This document shows positions 1 through 9,165 of a stretch of DNA of 64,000 bases, piece after piece. The DNA is taken from NCBI GenBank assembly GCA_021791275.1, contig JAJYWX010000029.1, positions 14,074 to 78,073 on the forward strand, read 5' to 3'. The position numbers and the translations under genes are program-made. Source of the stretch: a bacterium (GTDB lineage Bacteria; Patescibacteriota; Dojkabacteria; JAKAPS01; JAJZLI01). Position 1 is the first letter of the stretch, and every line of letters starts with the position of its first letter. The notes beneath the pieces were generated by a model. The model ran no database searches, was not told where the DNA came from, and saw nothing but the letters and a program-made list of their open reading frames with translations.

Positions 1-171
1 TTTCCTATATTTCAGGAAATTACTGGTAAAATTTTCCTATTTAATGAATTTGGTACATATTCAAGCAATAGTGATACTACATTTTATTTGATTTATCAAA
101 ATTATTATATTCCAATAACTTTTGATCAAGCAACAAATTCATTTACAGAAGGGAGTATTAATAATGTTTAA
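1..171 (+). CDS. 3' end of an upstream CDS of unknown function, possibly another pilus-locus protein
   Basis: Frame 1 is open from the window edge to TAA at 169-171. The stop overlaps the ATG at 164 of the downstream prepilin, so the two are probably co-operonic. Confidence 0.3.
   Translation, partial: FPIFQEITGKIFLFNEFGTYSSNSDTTFYLIYQNYYIPITFDQATNSFTEGSINNV
148..155 (+). promoter_or_regulatory. Shine-Dalgarno for the first prepilin gene
   Basis: GAAGGGAG sits 8 nt upstream of ATG 164. Confidence 0.6.
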
Positions 172-766
172 TAAAAAAGGCTTTACACTAATAGAGATTC
201 TTATTTCCATAGTATTTTTGGGATTTCTTTTAATTGCTGTATTAGAAGCGGAAGCTTCATCTATACACCAGAATTATTCTACGGTATATAATCTTTATTC
301 AAGGCAAATATTATCTTATGAATTATCATATATGCATTCATGGGCTAATGAAGGGAATGTAAATTGGAGCTCTTCATCTTCGCAAATAGTATCTTGTGCA
401 AATTTTGGACAAGATACCCATACAGTATATTCTCAAACTACTTATAATTGTTTATCCTCAACAAAGATTAATTCAATTTTAAATACAAATACTAGTAATA
501 CTGTACCAATACCCAGTAATATTGGTATCTTTTTATATATTACTAACAGCAGTTCTTGCCAAGTGAATGTTTATGCTTATGTATTATGGACATTCCAAGC
601 ATCTGGAGGAGTAGATTTATCTTTATCTCAAGAAAATCCTCCAGTATATAATTTAATTAAAAATGAATTATCGGTTGTACATGATAACTCTGATATATCC
701 ACTCTAAACTCTTATAACAATGAGATATTTGGAGGAGAGCAATTAACAAAATTAAATTGTAGTTAA
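164..766 (+). CDS. Type IV pilin / pseudopilin with a class III (prepilin) signal peptide
   Basis: N-terminus MFNKKG|FTLIEILISIVFLGFLL has the classic G-1/F+1/E+5 prepilin peptidase motif followed by a hydrophobic helix. A strong SD GAAGGGAG sits at 148-155, 8 nt upstream of ATG 164. The ORF track starts at 122, but the real start is probably 164. Confidence 0.7.
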   Translation: MFNKKGFTLIEILISIVFLGFLLIAVLEAEASSIHQNYSTVYNLYSRQILSYELSYMHSWANEGNVNWSSSSSQIVSCANFGQDTHTVYSQTTYNCLSSTKINSILNTNTSNTVPIPSNIGIFLYITNSSSCQVNVYAYVLWTFQASGGVDLSLSQENPPVYNLIKNELSVVHDNSDISTLNSYNNEIFGGEQLTKLNCS

Positions 767-773
767 TTAATAT

Positions 774-1421
774 ATGAATATTTTAGAAGTATTAAAATTA
801 AAAAATAGAGGGTTTTCATTAGTGGAAACATTAATAACCATTCTTATATTTTCATTCATAGCACTATTAATTATGCAGTCATTTTCAAATACAGTGTCGT
901 ATGTTAATAATATTGATAATCAAATTAAAATTCAGAATGAAGCCAATTACAGTATGGTCTACATTAAAAGGCTTATACGGGAATCTGCATATACTAGTTT
1001 AAATTATCCCATTTCCTCTAATAGTAGTAAAATAAACCAATGTAATTATATTGGGCAAGTATCGGGGACAACCTGTACAAAAAATCCTTCCTTTAAGTTG
1101 TATTCTGCATCTGGTGATGTAATTGGGTGTATTAAAATAAACAATAATATTTTAGAAGATTTTAATGGAACATGTTCTAGTGGATCGAGTAGTTTAAACC
1201 TTAACTCTAAGAGTGTAATTGTAGAAAATGTTATATTTTATTATGATAATTATAATTTTTCAGGTGCAAGTAAAACTGCTCATGTATATATTTTGCCATA
1301 TGTCACTGTAGTTATAAATGCATGTAGTTCTACTCCCGACTATGAATATGGTTTTATCCCTACTACTCCATGTTCTCAGCTTATATCAACTGCAACTAAT
1401 GAAAATTACATATATAGTTGA
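774..1421 (+). CDS. Type IV pilin / pseudopilin, second paralogue
   Basis: MNILEVLKLKNRG|FSLVETLITILIFSFIALLI is a prepilin leader with G|F...E5 and a hydrophobic N-terminal helix. The globular part is Ser/Asn-rich and contains Cys residues. Confidence 0.7.
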   Translation: MNILEVLKLKNRGFSLVETLITILIFSFIALLIMQSFSNTVSYVNNIDNQIKIQNEANYSMVYIKRLIRESAYTSLNYPISSNSSKINQCNYIGQVSGTTCTKNPSFKLYSASGDVIGCIKINNNILEDFNGTCSSGSSSLNLNSKSVIVENVIFYYDNYNFSGASKTAHVYILPYVTVVINACSSTPDYEYGFIPTTPCSQLISTATNENYIYS

Positions 1422-1454
1422 ATTTTGTCTCTATATTATATATATTAAACATAT

Positions 1455-2447
1455 ATGAAATTGTTTATTTTTAAAAATAGATATAGAGGAATAAATATTT
1501 TTCTCTCATTTCTTGCCTTTATATTTACATTTTTTTTAATCTCAAGGATTTCTGTATATGCATCAGATATTATTAGCCCACTACCAGGATATAAGAGTAA
1601 TACTCCATTTTATTATGAACAACATTCAAGTCCCGTTACAGAAAGCTATGAGTGCTTTACATTGTCCGGAGCTACGGGGAATGTAACAATAACATCATCT
1701 ACGTCTACGTCTCCTTATAATTGGTTATTAATTTCTCAAGCTACGCAGGGTTCTACAGGTAAGCAAAGTCAAATTTTAGGTAGTAATTTTCCTACAGGTT
1801 ATTCTTTCTGTGCTGTTTTAAATAAAAATATTAGCTCTAATATACCGAGTGGTACATATACTGGAACAATCTCAGGGGGGGGAGCTTCTATTACACTTAG
1901 TTTAATTGTATATTCTTCTTGGGTGCAAGTTAATAATGGAGGGAATACATATTCAAAGGGAGGCTATAATTTGGATAATCAATCATCATTTAGCAACGGC
2001 TTTGTCTTTTCTGGTAATAGCAATTCTCAATTTTTGAAGCCTCCTACTAATATTGGTAATAATATAGCTTTTATGCTAGATAATCCAATAATTTATAATT
2101 TTAATTTTTTTACAACATTATTCTGTACTAATATTCCTAATGGATGTAACAGCGGAAATAATCTATATAATGATGGGTCAATACAATTGAGTTCAATATC
2201 TAACACTAAACCAATTTCTTGTGGTAATTATATAAATTGGTATTATTATAACTCAGATGTTTCTCAGTTCCCCAGTAATATATGTAACAATAGCATAGTT
2301 TTAGTTAATGGATACGTAAATATATCTAATAATATAAACCAAAGTAACGTATTAATTATTGCTAATGGGAATATTGTTGTAGATTCTGGTGTAAATAACT
2401 TAAATGCATTCTTGATGTCTATGAATCAGATTGTTATACTGAACTAG
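1455..2447 (+). CDS. Secreted Ser/Asn/Gly-rich protein in the pilin operon, a possible pilus-associated adhesin or tip protein
   Basis: It has an N-terminal signal or TM segment (IFLSFLAFIFTFFLISRISVYA), several Cys and low-complexity N/S/G repeats. It lacks the E5 pilin motif. The position between the pilins and pilM is the only functional hint. Confidence 0.35.
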   Translation: MKLFIFKNRYRGINIFLSFLAFIFTFFLISRISVYASDIISPLPGYKSNTPFYYEQHSSPVTESYECFTLSGATGNVTITSSTSTSPYNWLLISQATQGSTGKQSQILGSNFPTGYSFCAVLNKNISSNIPSGTYTGTISGGGASITLSLIVYSSWVQVNNGGNTYSKGGYNLDNQSSFSNGFVFSGNSNSQFLKPPTNIGNNIAFMLDNPIIYNFNFFTTLFCTNIPNGCNSGNNLYNDGSIQLSSISNTKPISCGNYINWYYYNSDVSQFPSNICNNSIVLVNGYVNISNNINQSNVLIIANGNIVVDSGVNNLNAFLMSMNQIVILN

Positions 2448-2450
2448 TAT

Positions 2451-2849
2451 ATGGATATGGATAAGAATAAAAAGAAAATATTAATAATTGAAGACGAGGA
2501 AGCATTAGTAGATCTATATAAAGAAATATTAGAAGATGCTGGGTATGATGTTAAGTTTTCATATAGCGGGGATGAGGGTGCAGAAATGGCATCAAAGGAA
2601 AGGTTTGATTTAATTTTATTAGATCTTATGTTGCCTACAGGGTCAATGAATGGTACATATGTTTTATCCCTGATTAAAGGGGATAAAGATAAATATGGAG
2701 ATCCTATTGTTGTTGTTTTAACAAATCTTACTAGCGAAGTTGTAATAAAGGATGTAATGGACCAGAAAGCGGATGGATTTCTAATGAAAACTGAACTTAC
2801 TCCAGAACAAATAGTGAAAGAAGTTCAGAATTATTTATCTAATAAGTGA
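2451..2849 (+). CDS. Stand-alone CheY-like response regulator receiver domain (PilH/PilG-like)
   Basis: KKILIIEDEEALVD supplies the acidic pocket. DLILLDLMLP contains the phospho-acceptor Asp. The later conserved T/S and K positions (VVVLTNLTSE, FLMKTEL) are present. At 132 aa there is no output domain. Confidence 0.8.
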   Translation: MDMDKNKKKILIIEDEEALVDLYKEILEDAGYDVKFSYSGDEGAEMASKERFDLILLDLMLPTGSMNGTYVLSLIKGDKDKYGDPIVVVLTNLTSEVVIKDVMDQKADGFLMKTELTPEQIVKEVQNYLSNK

Positions 2850-2853
2850 AAAA

Positions 2854-3900
2854 ATGTTTTCTAAAAAAAATGATGCCTCCAATTTTTTTGCAGTAGACTT
2901 CGGGTCAAGTAGTATAAAGGTTGTTAAACTTAAGAATACCGAAAGAAATCCGTCTGTCGTATCTTTTGGATCTGTAAAAATGCCTACAGGGGCATACAGT
3001 AGTGAAAGTGAAAAACATAAAAAAGAAATATCAGAAGCATTGAAATCATTAGTAAAAGATTTGAATATCAATACTTCTAATGTTGCAACATCACTTCCGG
3101 ATGCATCTATATTTACTAGAATAGTAAAAATACCAGCAAAAAAAGAAAGTGACTTGGAAGAAGCTGTCTTTTGGGCTTCAAAGAGGAATGTTCCAATATC
3201 TTTAGAAGATGTCCAAATAGATTGGTCTATAGTGAATTCTAAACAAACTGAAGATGGTATGACACAATATGATATTTTGTTAGTTGCAGCACCTAAATTA
3301 TTAATAAACCGATATGTAGATATATTAAAAAATGCCAATCTTAACCCCGTCTTCATTGAAACAGAATCCCTGTCTTTAGTTAGAGCACTTTCATCAATTA
3401 ATGATGCAACACCTTCACTAATTTTAGATTTTGGTTACTCTACAATAGAGGCAGTAATAGCTTATAAGAATATGTTACTTTTTAATCAAACTATATCTAC
3501 GGGATCTTCTCTTATAACTAAAGCTATTTCTCAAGAATTTAATCTAGAGGAAGTTCAGGCTGAAGAATATAAGAAAAATTATGGTCTTGATTCTACTCAA
3601 CTAGAAGGTAAAATATTTAGAACAATAACTCCAATTATGGATTCAATTGTTAATGAAGTTAAGAGAATATTAAATTCATATAAATCAACAGAGGTGGGTG
3701 AATCTCCAAGTAAAATTATCTTAGTTGGAAATGGATCTATGTTGCCTGGTTTAGTTTTATATTTAGCTCAAAATCTAAGTATAGAAGTAGAGGTGGGTAA
3801 TCCCTATTCTAAAATATATATTGATCCAAACTTAAAGGCAAAACTTCCAGCACTTTTGCCAGGATATGCAGTCGCAACAGGATTAGCTTTGAAAGTATGA
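2854..3900 (+). CDS. pilM: Type IV pilus assembly protein PilM (actin-like ATPase fold)
   Basis: N-terminal FFAVDFGSSSIKVVKL is the PilM/FtsA-like phosphate-1 motif. The size (348 aa) fits, and the downstream gene overlaps by 4 bp (ATGA). Confidence 0.8.
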   Translation: MFSKKNDASNFFAVDFGSSSIKVVKLKNTERNPSVVSFGSVKMPTGAYSSESEKHKKEISEALKSLVKDLNINTSNVATSLPDASIFTRIVKIPAKKESDLEEAVFWASKRNVPISLEDVQIDWSIVNSKQTEDGMTQYDILLVAAPKLLINRYVDILKNANLNPVFIETESLSLVRALSSINDATPSLILDFGYSTIEAVIAYKNMLLFNQTISTGSSLITKAISQEFNLEEVQAEEYKKNYGLDSTQLEGKIFRTITPIMDSIVNEVKRILNSYKSTEVGESPSKIILVGNGSMLPGLVLYLAQNLSIEVEVGNPYSKIYIDPNLKAKLPALLPGYAVATGLALKV

Positions 3901-4454
3901 AAAATAATATAAACCTTTTACCTAAAAAAACTAAAGAAGAAGTTAAAGGGGAAAAATTAGCATTCAAATTAGACTTTATAAGTGCTGTTGTACTTATAAT
4001 TGTTGAAGTGTTCTCATTTTCTTATCTTCTCTACTCCGAAGGTCTGAATACGAAAGTTGTTTCTGCTCAAACTGAATATCATAAAAATTTATCTAATTTA
4101 AAGAAGTTTACTGGCACAGAAAATCTAATAAATAATATAAACCAAAGATATGCAGATGTACTTTTATTAAAAAGATCCTTTATAAATCCACTAGATATAG
4201 TTAGTGCATTAAATAAACAGATACCTCCAAATACATCTATATATGATATGAATTATACATATGGAGGGCAAGTTAGTTTTAGCTGCTCAACTCAATCAGT
4301 TTTGGATGCAGCACATTTTATATACATATTTTCAAACTATAATCCAAATAATAAGTATTTTTCAAATACTCAAATTAGTGGATTGAATATAATTAATTCA
4401 GGATCAAATGAATCAGTAACATTTTCTGTCACAACATATTATGATGGACCATAA
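3897..4454 (+). CDS. pilN: Type IV pilus assembly protein PilN
   Basis: The N-terminus carries the conserved INLLP motif (MKNNINLLPKK), followed by a single TM segment and a periplasmic domain. It is translationally coupled to pilM. Confidence 0.65.
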   Translation: MKNNINLLPKKTKEEVKGEKLAFKLDFISAVVLIIVEVFSFSYLLYSEGLNTKVVSAQTEYHKNLSNLKKFTGTENLINNINQRYADVLLLKRSFINPLDIVSALNKQIPPNTSIYDMNYTYGGQVSFSCSTQSVLDAAHFIYIFSNYNPNNKYFSNTQISGLNIINSGSNESVTFSVTTYYDGP

Positions 4455-5142
4455 CGATAAGAAGAAATTAAAAAAGAATAAGGATTTAAAAAATACTATA
4501 CTTATATATATAGTTCCAGCTTTTGTTGCGATTATAGTTATACTATCATTTATTTTTATAATATATCCTACATATAACAATATAAATACATATAATAATG
4601 AAATAGTCTCATATAATAGTAAAAATCTAACGCTAAATAATGAGATAGATTCCTTAAAGTATTATGCTTCTAAGAAAGAATCCCAAGTATTGTCAGGTTA
4701 TTTATCCCAATTAAACCAAGTTATACCCAATAATCTACAGTTTGCTCTTACTTCTGGTGAAATACAAAATATAGGTACAAACTCAGGGCTTTCATTCCAA
4801 AATTTATCTACACAGGAAATCCCTAAATCATTTAATCAGCAAAATATTTCTGTTAAAGGATTATCTCCAAATATAAATTCAGAGGTTGTATTCTCAAGTT
4901 TTAATGGTAGTTTTTCTCAAGTCCAAAATTATATAAATTCTTTGTATTCTAAAAAAATATTATTTGTTGTTTCAGAATTTGGTTATAGTGGTAACCTTAT
5001 TGGGAATTATTCATCGGTTAATGGGAATTCTTTAAATATAAATGTTACATTCTTTTCTGGGCCTGACAGCAACAATAATTCTTATGTCTCTAATATCAAT
5101 AATTTGGCTAGATTAAAAAAGTATTTATCAAATCTTAAGTAA
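4441..5142 (+). CDS. PilO-like type IV pilus assembly protein
   Basis: It has an N-terminal TM (ILIYIVPAFVAIIVILSFIFIIY), then a coiled-coil-like segment and a periplasmic domain, and it sits immediately after pilN. The call rests on position and architecture only. Confidence 0.45.
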   Translation: MMDHNDKKKLKKNKDLKNTILIYIVPAFVAIIVILSFIFIIYPTYNNINTYNNEIVSYNSKNLTLNNEIDSLKYYASKKESQVLSGYLSQLNQVIPNNLQFALTSGEIQNIGTNSGLSFQNLSTQEIPKSFNQQNISVKGLSPNINSEVVFSSFNGSFSQVQNYINSLYSKKILFVVSEFGYSGNLIGNYSSVNGNSLNINVTFFSGPDSNNNSYVSNINNLARLKKYLSNLK

Positions 5143-5349
5143 TTTTTTTACTGTGTCAGTTGGTTGTGCTCCATTTTGGATCCATTTTGAAAGTTTTTCT
5201 TTATCTATAGATAAATTTTTGGAAAAAGGTGAATAGTTCCCTATCTTCTCAATATATTTACCATCTCTCTTTGATGTAGACTCAGCAACAACTATTCTAT
5301 AGCTGGCTTGATCTTTTTTCCCTGTTCTTGTTAATTTAATCTTTATCAT
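5128..5349 (-). CDS. rpsP: 30S ribosomal protein S16
   Basis: MIKIKLTRTGKKDQASYRIVVAESTSKRDGKYIEKIGNYSP matches the S16 N-terminal consensus (MLKIRLAR.GKK..PFYRIVVADSR..RDGRFIE). Confidence 0.85.
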   Translation of the reverse strand: MIKIKLTRTGKKDQASYRIVVAESTSKRDGKYIEKIGNYSPFSKNLSIDKEKLSKWIQNGAQPTDTVKKLLKI

Positions 5350-6010
5350 ATAATTGTTTTATTATTTCTTTTGCAGCATTCTCTTCTGCTTCTTGCTTGC
5401 TTTTTCCTGTTCCAGTAGATACAGGCTTTTTATTTATTAGAAGCTCTACTGTAAATACTTTATCATGCGCAGGACCCTCTTCTTTTACTACTCTATATTT
5501 AGGAGTAGATTTATATTTTGATTGAGATATTTCTTGCAATTGAGATTTATTATTAATATATAATTTATCCCTTATAATCTCATCTAGTATATAGTAAAGG
5601 TTAGTATACAGGAATTTATCTGTATATTCAAGACCTTTTTCTAGATATATTGCCCCAACTAAAGCCTCAAATGCATCCTCTAATATATTTACTCTATCTC
5701 TTCCTCCAGAATCCTCCTCTCCTTTACTCATTTTCAAATATTCCCCTAATCCCAAGTTCATACTAACTTTAGCTAATGTATCTGTTTTTACTAATGCAGA
5801 TCTATAGCTTGTTAACATTCCCTCTTTCTCATTTGGAAATTTATTATATATATATCTGGATACCAATAGCTCAATTACTGCATCACCTAGAAACTCTAAT
5901 CTTTCATTATTTGTTCCATTAAAAGATCTATGAGTTAAAGCAGTTTCTATGATTTCTGTATTACTTATTTCTAAATTTAATTTTGATATTAAATCGTTAA
6001 TATTATTCAT
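5336..6010 (-). CDS. rnc: Ribonuclease III
   Basis: The RNase III signature ERLEFLGDAVIEL and the C-terminal dsRBD (KSTPKYRVVKEEGPAHDKVFTVEL) are both present. Confidence 0.9.
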   Translation of the reverse strand: MNNINDLISKLNLEISNTEIIETALTHRSFNGTNNERLEFLGDAVIELLVSRYIYNKFPNEKEGMLTSYRSALVKTDTLAKVSMNLGLGEYLKMSKGEEDSGGRDRVNILEDAFEALVGAIYLEKGLEYTDKFLYTNLYYILDEIIRDKLYINNKSQLQEISQSKYKSTPKYRVVKEEGPAHDKVFTVELLINKKPVSTGTGKSKQEAEENAAKEIIKQLYDKD

Positions 6011-6417
6011 TATTCTTTCATTAAATTACCTAATACACCACTAACAAATTTACTACTAGAAGTATCTCCAAATTCTTTAGCAATTTCGATTGCCTCGTCA
6101 ATTGCTACTTTTGGAGGTGTTACATTTTTTATAAATCCTTCGCAAACTGCAATTTTTAGTATTTGAAAATCCAATGTATTAATTTTTTCTTTTGGTCTAT
6201 CTAAGCTGGCTTTTTTAATTATACTTTCTATTTTCTTATTATTTTCTTTTATACCATTTAATATCTCATCTAATAATTCTTTGTTATAATTGAGATTCTC
6301 ATCAATATTGGATATTTCTTCATTAGAAAATATGTTTGTTTTCTGAAAGGTACTGTTAAATAATTTTTGTAATGCTATTATTCTTGATAAATGTCTTGGA
6401 TCTTCTCTAGACTTCAT
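6010..6417 (-). CDS. nusB: Transcription antitermination factor NusB
   Basis: It is 135 aa with RHLSRIIALQKLF (NusB R..AR..ALQ.L) and a C-terminal KFVSGVLGNL that is NusB-like. Confidence 0.7.
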   Translation of the reverse strand: MKSREDPRHLSRIIALQKLFNSTFQKTNIFSNEEISNIDENLNYNKELLDEILNGIKENNKKIESIIKKASLDRPKEKINTLDFQILKIAVCEGFIKNVTPPKVAIDEAIEIAKEFGDTSSSKFVSGVLGNLMKE

Positions 6418-6419
6418 TA

Positions 6420-6596
6420 TTATATAGGAAGGATTACTTTACCTCTATACTTTCCACATTTTGTACAAGCATTATGAGGTAATATTTTCTCTTTACAATT
6501 TGGACAAGTAGTAAGACTTGGAAGATCTATACTATGATGAGATCTTCTATTATTCTTTCTTGAATGAGATATTCTTCTTTTAGGTGTTGCTGCCAT
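6420..6596 (-). CDS. rpmF: 50S ribosomal protein L32 (not in the ORF track because it is under 60 aa)
   Basis: Manual translation of the minus strand gives MAATPKRRISHSRKNNRRSHHSIDLPSLTTCPNCKEKILPHNACTKCGKYRGKVILPI. This has the L32 N-terminal MAVPKRR.S..R...RR and the Zn-ribbon C..C...C..C. The stop TAA is at 6420-6422. Confidence 0.75.
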   Translation of the reverse strand: MAATPKRRISHSRKNNRRSHHSIDLPSLTTCPNCKEKILPHNACTKCGKYRGKVILPI

Positions 6597-6639
6597 ATCA
6601 CCAAGATTATATTATTAATATGGCCTAAATGTCAATTTA

Positions 6640-7179
6640 TTACATTTTTCTATATATTGTTATTCCAGTTTTTCCGAAATCTTTTGTTTTTATTATCTCT
6701 AGAGAATTTATTTTTTGAACATCTCTTTTACTTTCACGTTCAAATACTATAATCCCATTATTTTTTAATAAATGTATTGATTTTTTTATTATATCTTCAG
6801 ATGTTATATCATAAGGTTGAAAAATTAATATGATATTATAAATTTGATCGATTTTTTTATTATATCTTAAAAATATTTCAGCTGGAATATTAAATACTTC
6901 AGCTTGTTGATCGAGTTGAGTTTTTAGCAAATTTTCTCTTATAACATCAGATGCACTTTTATCTATCTCTACAAAATCTACTTTCCTGGCTCCCATTGAT
7001 AAAGCTTCTATTCCAAGTGCACCAGAACCTGCATATAAATCTAATATATTTGAATCTGGAATATTTTCTTTAATAGAAGAAAAAAGTGCTGCTTTTACTA
7101 TTCCAGATAAAGGTTTAGTACCTTTAGGCACCTTTAATTTCATTTTCTTTAATTTTCCTGATATTACTCTTAATTCCAT
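6640..7179 (-). CDS. rsmD: 16S rRNA (guanine966-N2)-methyltransferase RsmD
   Basis: The SAM-binding motif LDLYAGSGALGIEALSMGA is present and the size (179 aa) fits the RsmD family. Confidence 0.8.
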   Translation of the reverse strand: MELRVISGKLKKMKLKVPKGTKPLSGIVKAALFSSIKENIPDSNILDLYAGSGALGIEALSMGARKVDFVEIDKSASDVIRENLLKTQLDQQAEVFNIPAEIFLRYNKKIDQIYNIILIFQPYDITSEDIIKKSIHLLKNNGIIVFERESKRDVQKINSLEIIKTKDFGKTGITIYRKM

Positions 7180-7182
7180 GTT

Positions 7183-9165
7183 TTAATTTATTGTTAATAT
7201 TCTATCTTGTGCTTCCCTTGTTTTTTCTTTAAGTTTTGGGTATCTATCTAAGATTTCTATTATATCTACTACAGCATCTCTTGTCATTTTGATAAGTGAA
7301 GCATCTAGTAAAGATGCCATTTTTAAATCAGGATTTCCTGATTGATTTTTACCATAAATCTCCCCTGGACCTCTCATTTTAAGATCAAATTCTGCTAATT
7401 CTAATCCATTATTATTTTTTGAAAAGAATTCTAATCTTTCGTTATGACTAGCTGATGTAAATAAAAAACAATAGGATTGTTTATCAGATCTTCCTACTCT
7501 ACCCCTTAATTGGTGTAGCTGGGCTAATCCAAACCTTTCTGCATCCTCGATTACTATTATTGTTGCATTCTTAATATCTATACCAACCTCAATAATTGGT
7601 GTAGAAACCAATATATCGTATTTTTTATTCTTGAAATTATCTAATATTTCATCTTTATTCTTACTTTTACCACTTATTAAGGCTAATCTTTCTTCTGTAA
7701 AAATATTTTCTTTTAAATTTTTATATTCACTTTCTACATTTTTAAGTTGTAATTTCTCAGATTCTGCTATTAATGGACATAATATAAAAGCTTGCTCTCC
7801 TTCTTTTATTCTATCTTTTATAAATTTATACGAATCATTTCTTTTTTCATTTGGTACTATATATGTTTTTACTTTTATCCTCCCTTTTGGCATATCATCT
7901 AATCTTGATATATCTAAATCCCCATATATCCCTAATGCAAGAGTTCGAGGTATTGGTGTTGCTGTCATAGTTAAAATATGAGGATAATAACCTTTTTGTA
8001 TCAACATATCTCTTTGTCTTACACCAAATCTATGTTGCTCATCAATTATAACTAATCCTAAATTTTTGAAAATATCTTTATTTGATAGAAGTGCATGTGT
8101 ACCAATAAATATTGATGCACTTCTATCAATTCTTTTTGTTTTTGCTGTAATTAATTGTATGCGAATATCTTTTAAAACTGATTTTGCTGTTTCATAATGT
8201 TGTTTTGCCAATACAGATGTTGGAACCATTATTGCACTTTGCAATTTATTAAGATGCATCATATACACAGTGATAAGTGCAACAATAGTTTTCCCAGATC
8301 CGACATCCCCTTCTAAAAGCCTATTCATAGGTATGTTTTTATTTATATCTTTTATTATTTCATTGATACTTCTCACCTGTGATGGTGTTAATTTAAAATC
8401 AAGTGAATCTACAAATTCACTTATCTTTTTTTCATCTATTATAACTCTATATGATAATTTTTTCTTTCTCTCTTGCTTTTTAAGATAAGATAATATTTGA
8501 ATATAAAGTATCTCTTCAAATCCTAATCTTTTTTTTGCCTTCTCTATATCTTCAAAGGTTTTAGGGAAGTGTAGTTTTCTTAGTGCTTCATTTATATCTA
8601 ATAAATCATATTTAGATTTTATTTCTTCTGGAATATAATCTTCTATATTTATGTTATCTAATATATTCTTTATTCTAGATCGTAGCCATTTTGATGTTAT
8701 CCCCTTTGTTTGAGAATATATTGGGGTAATCCTGGAAAAATGTATATTCTCCTTTCCTTCTTTAACTATTTCATATTGTGGTGACTTAAATATTATAGAA
8801 TTTTTCTCAAAATAAGCAATTCCTCCTAGTATTATGGTATCCCCCTCTTTTATGGATTTAGTTATATATGGCTGATTAAACCAAATTATATTACATTCTC
8901 CAGTATCGTCATTTATTTTTGCATTAATAATATTTTTCCTATTTCTTGTATAAATGCTTTTTATATAAACTACTTCTCCTTTTATAAAATTTTTTTCACC
9001 TATTACTATATCTTCTATATTTGTAACATTTCTTGAATCTTCGTATTTTATTGGATAATAATAAATTAAATCTTTAAGGGTATAAATTTCTAATTTATTT
9101 AGAAGAGTTGCATATTTACTTCCTATATAGTAAGCATTTAATACATTTGTTTCTAAATCAAGCAT
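7183..9165 (-). CDS. recG: ATP-dependent DNA helicase RecG
   Basis: An N-terminal wedge/OB region is followed by Walker A GDVGSGKT, the DEAH-box DEQHRFGV and a C-terminal helicase domain (QLHQLRGRVGRS). Confidence 0.9.
   Translation of the reverse strand: MLDLETNVLNAYYIGSKYATLLNKLEIYTLKDLIYYYPIKYEDSRNVTNIEDIVIGEKNFIKGEVVYIKSIYTRNRKNIINAKINDDTGECNIIWFNQPYITKSIKEGDTIILGGIAYFEKNSIIFKSPQYEIVKEGKENIHFSRITPIYSQTKGITSKWLRSRIKNILDNINIEDYIPEEIKSKYDLLDINEALRKLHFPKTFEDIEKAKKRLGFEEILYIQILSYLKKQERKKKLSYRVIIDEKKISEFVDSLDFKLTPSQVRSINEIIKDINKNIPMNRLLEGDVGSGKTIVALITVYMMHLNKLQSAIMVPTSVLAKQHYETAKSVLKDIRIQLITAKTKRIDRSASIFIGTHALLSNKDIFKNLGLVIIDEQHRFGVRQRDMLIQKGYYPHILTMTATPIPRTLALGIYGDLDISRLDDMPKGRIKVKTYIVPNEKRNDSYKFIKDRIKEGEQAFILCPLIAESEKLQLKNVESEYKNLKENIFTEERLALISGKSKNKDEILDNFKNKKYDILVSTPIIEVGIDIKNATIIVIEDAERFGLAQLHQLRGRVGRSDKQSYCFLFTSASHNERLEFFSKNNNGLELAEFDLKMRGPGEIYGKNQSGNPDLKMASLLDASLIKMTRDAVVDIIEILDRYPKLKEKTREAQDRILTIN

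Noticed and set aside
1455-2447. Third pilin
   Set aside because: It has a hydrophobic N-terminus, but no G-1/E+5 prepilin motif. I treated it as a secreted pilus-associated protein instead.
2835-3356. 173-aa minus-strand ORF antisense to pilM, and similar antisense ORFs (7631-7981, 9587-9880, 31948-32238, 35310-35552, 38083-38481, 46615-46893 and others)
   Set aside because: They lie entirely inside well-supported genes on the opposite strand. In AT-rich DNA, long stop-free antisense frames are expected by chance. They have no motifs, and their composition reflects the sense-strand codon bias.
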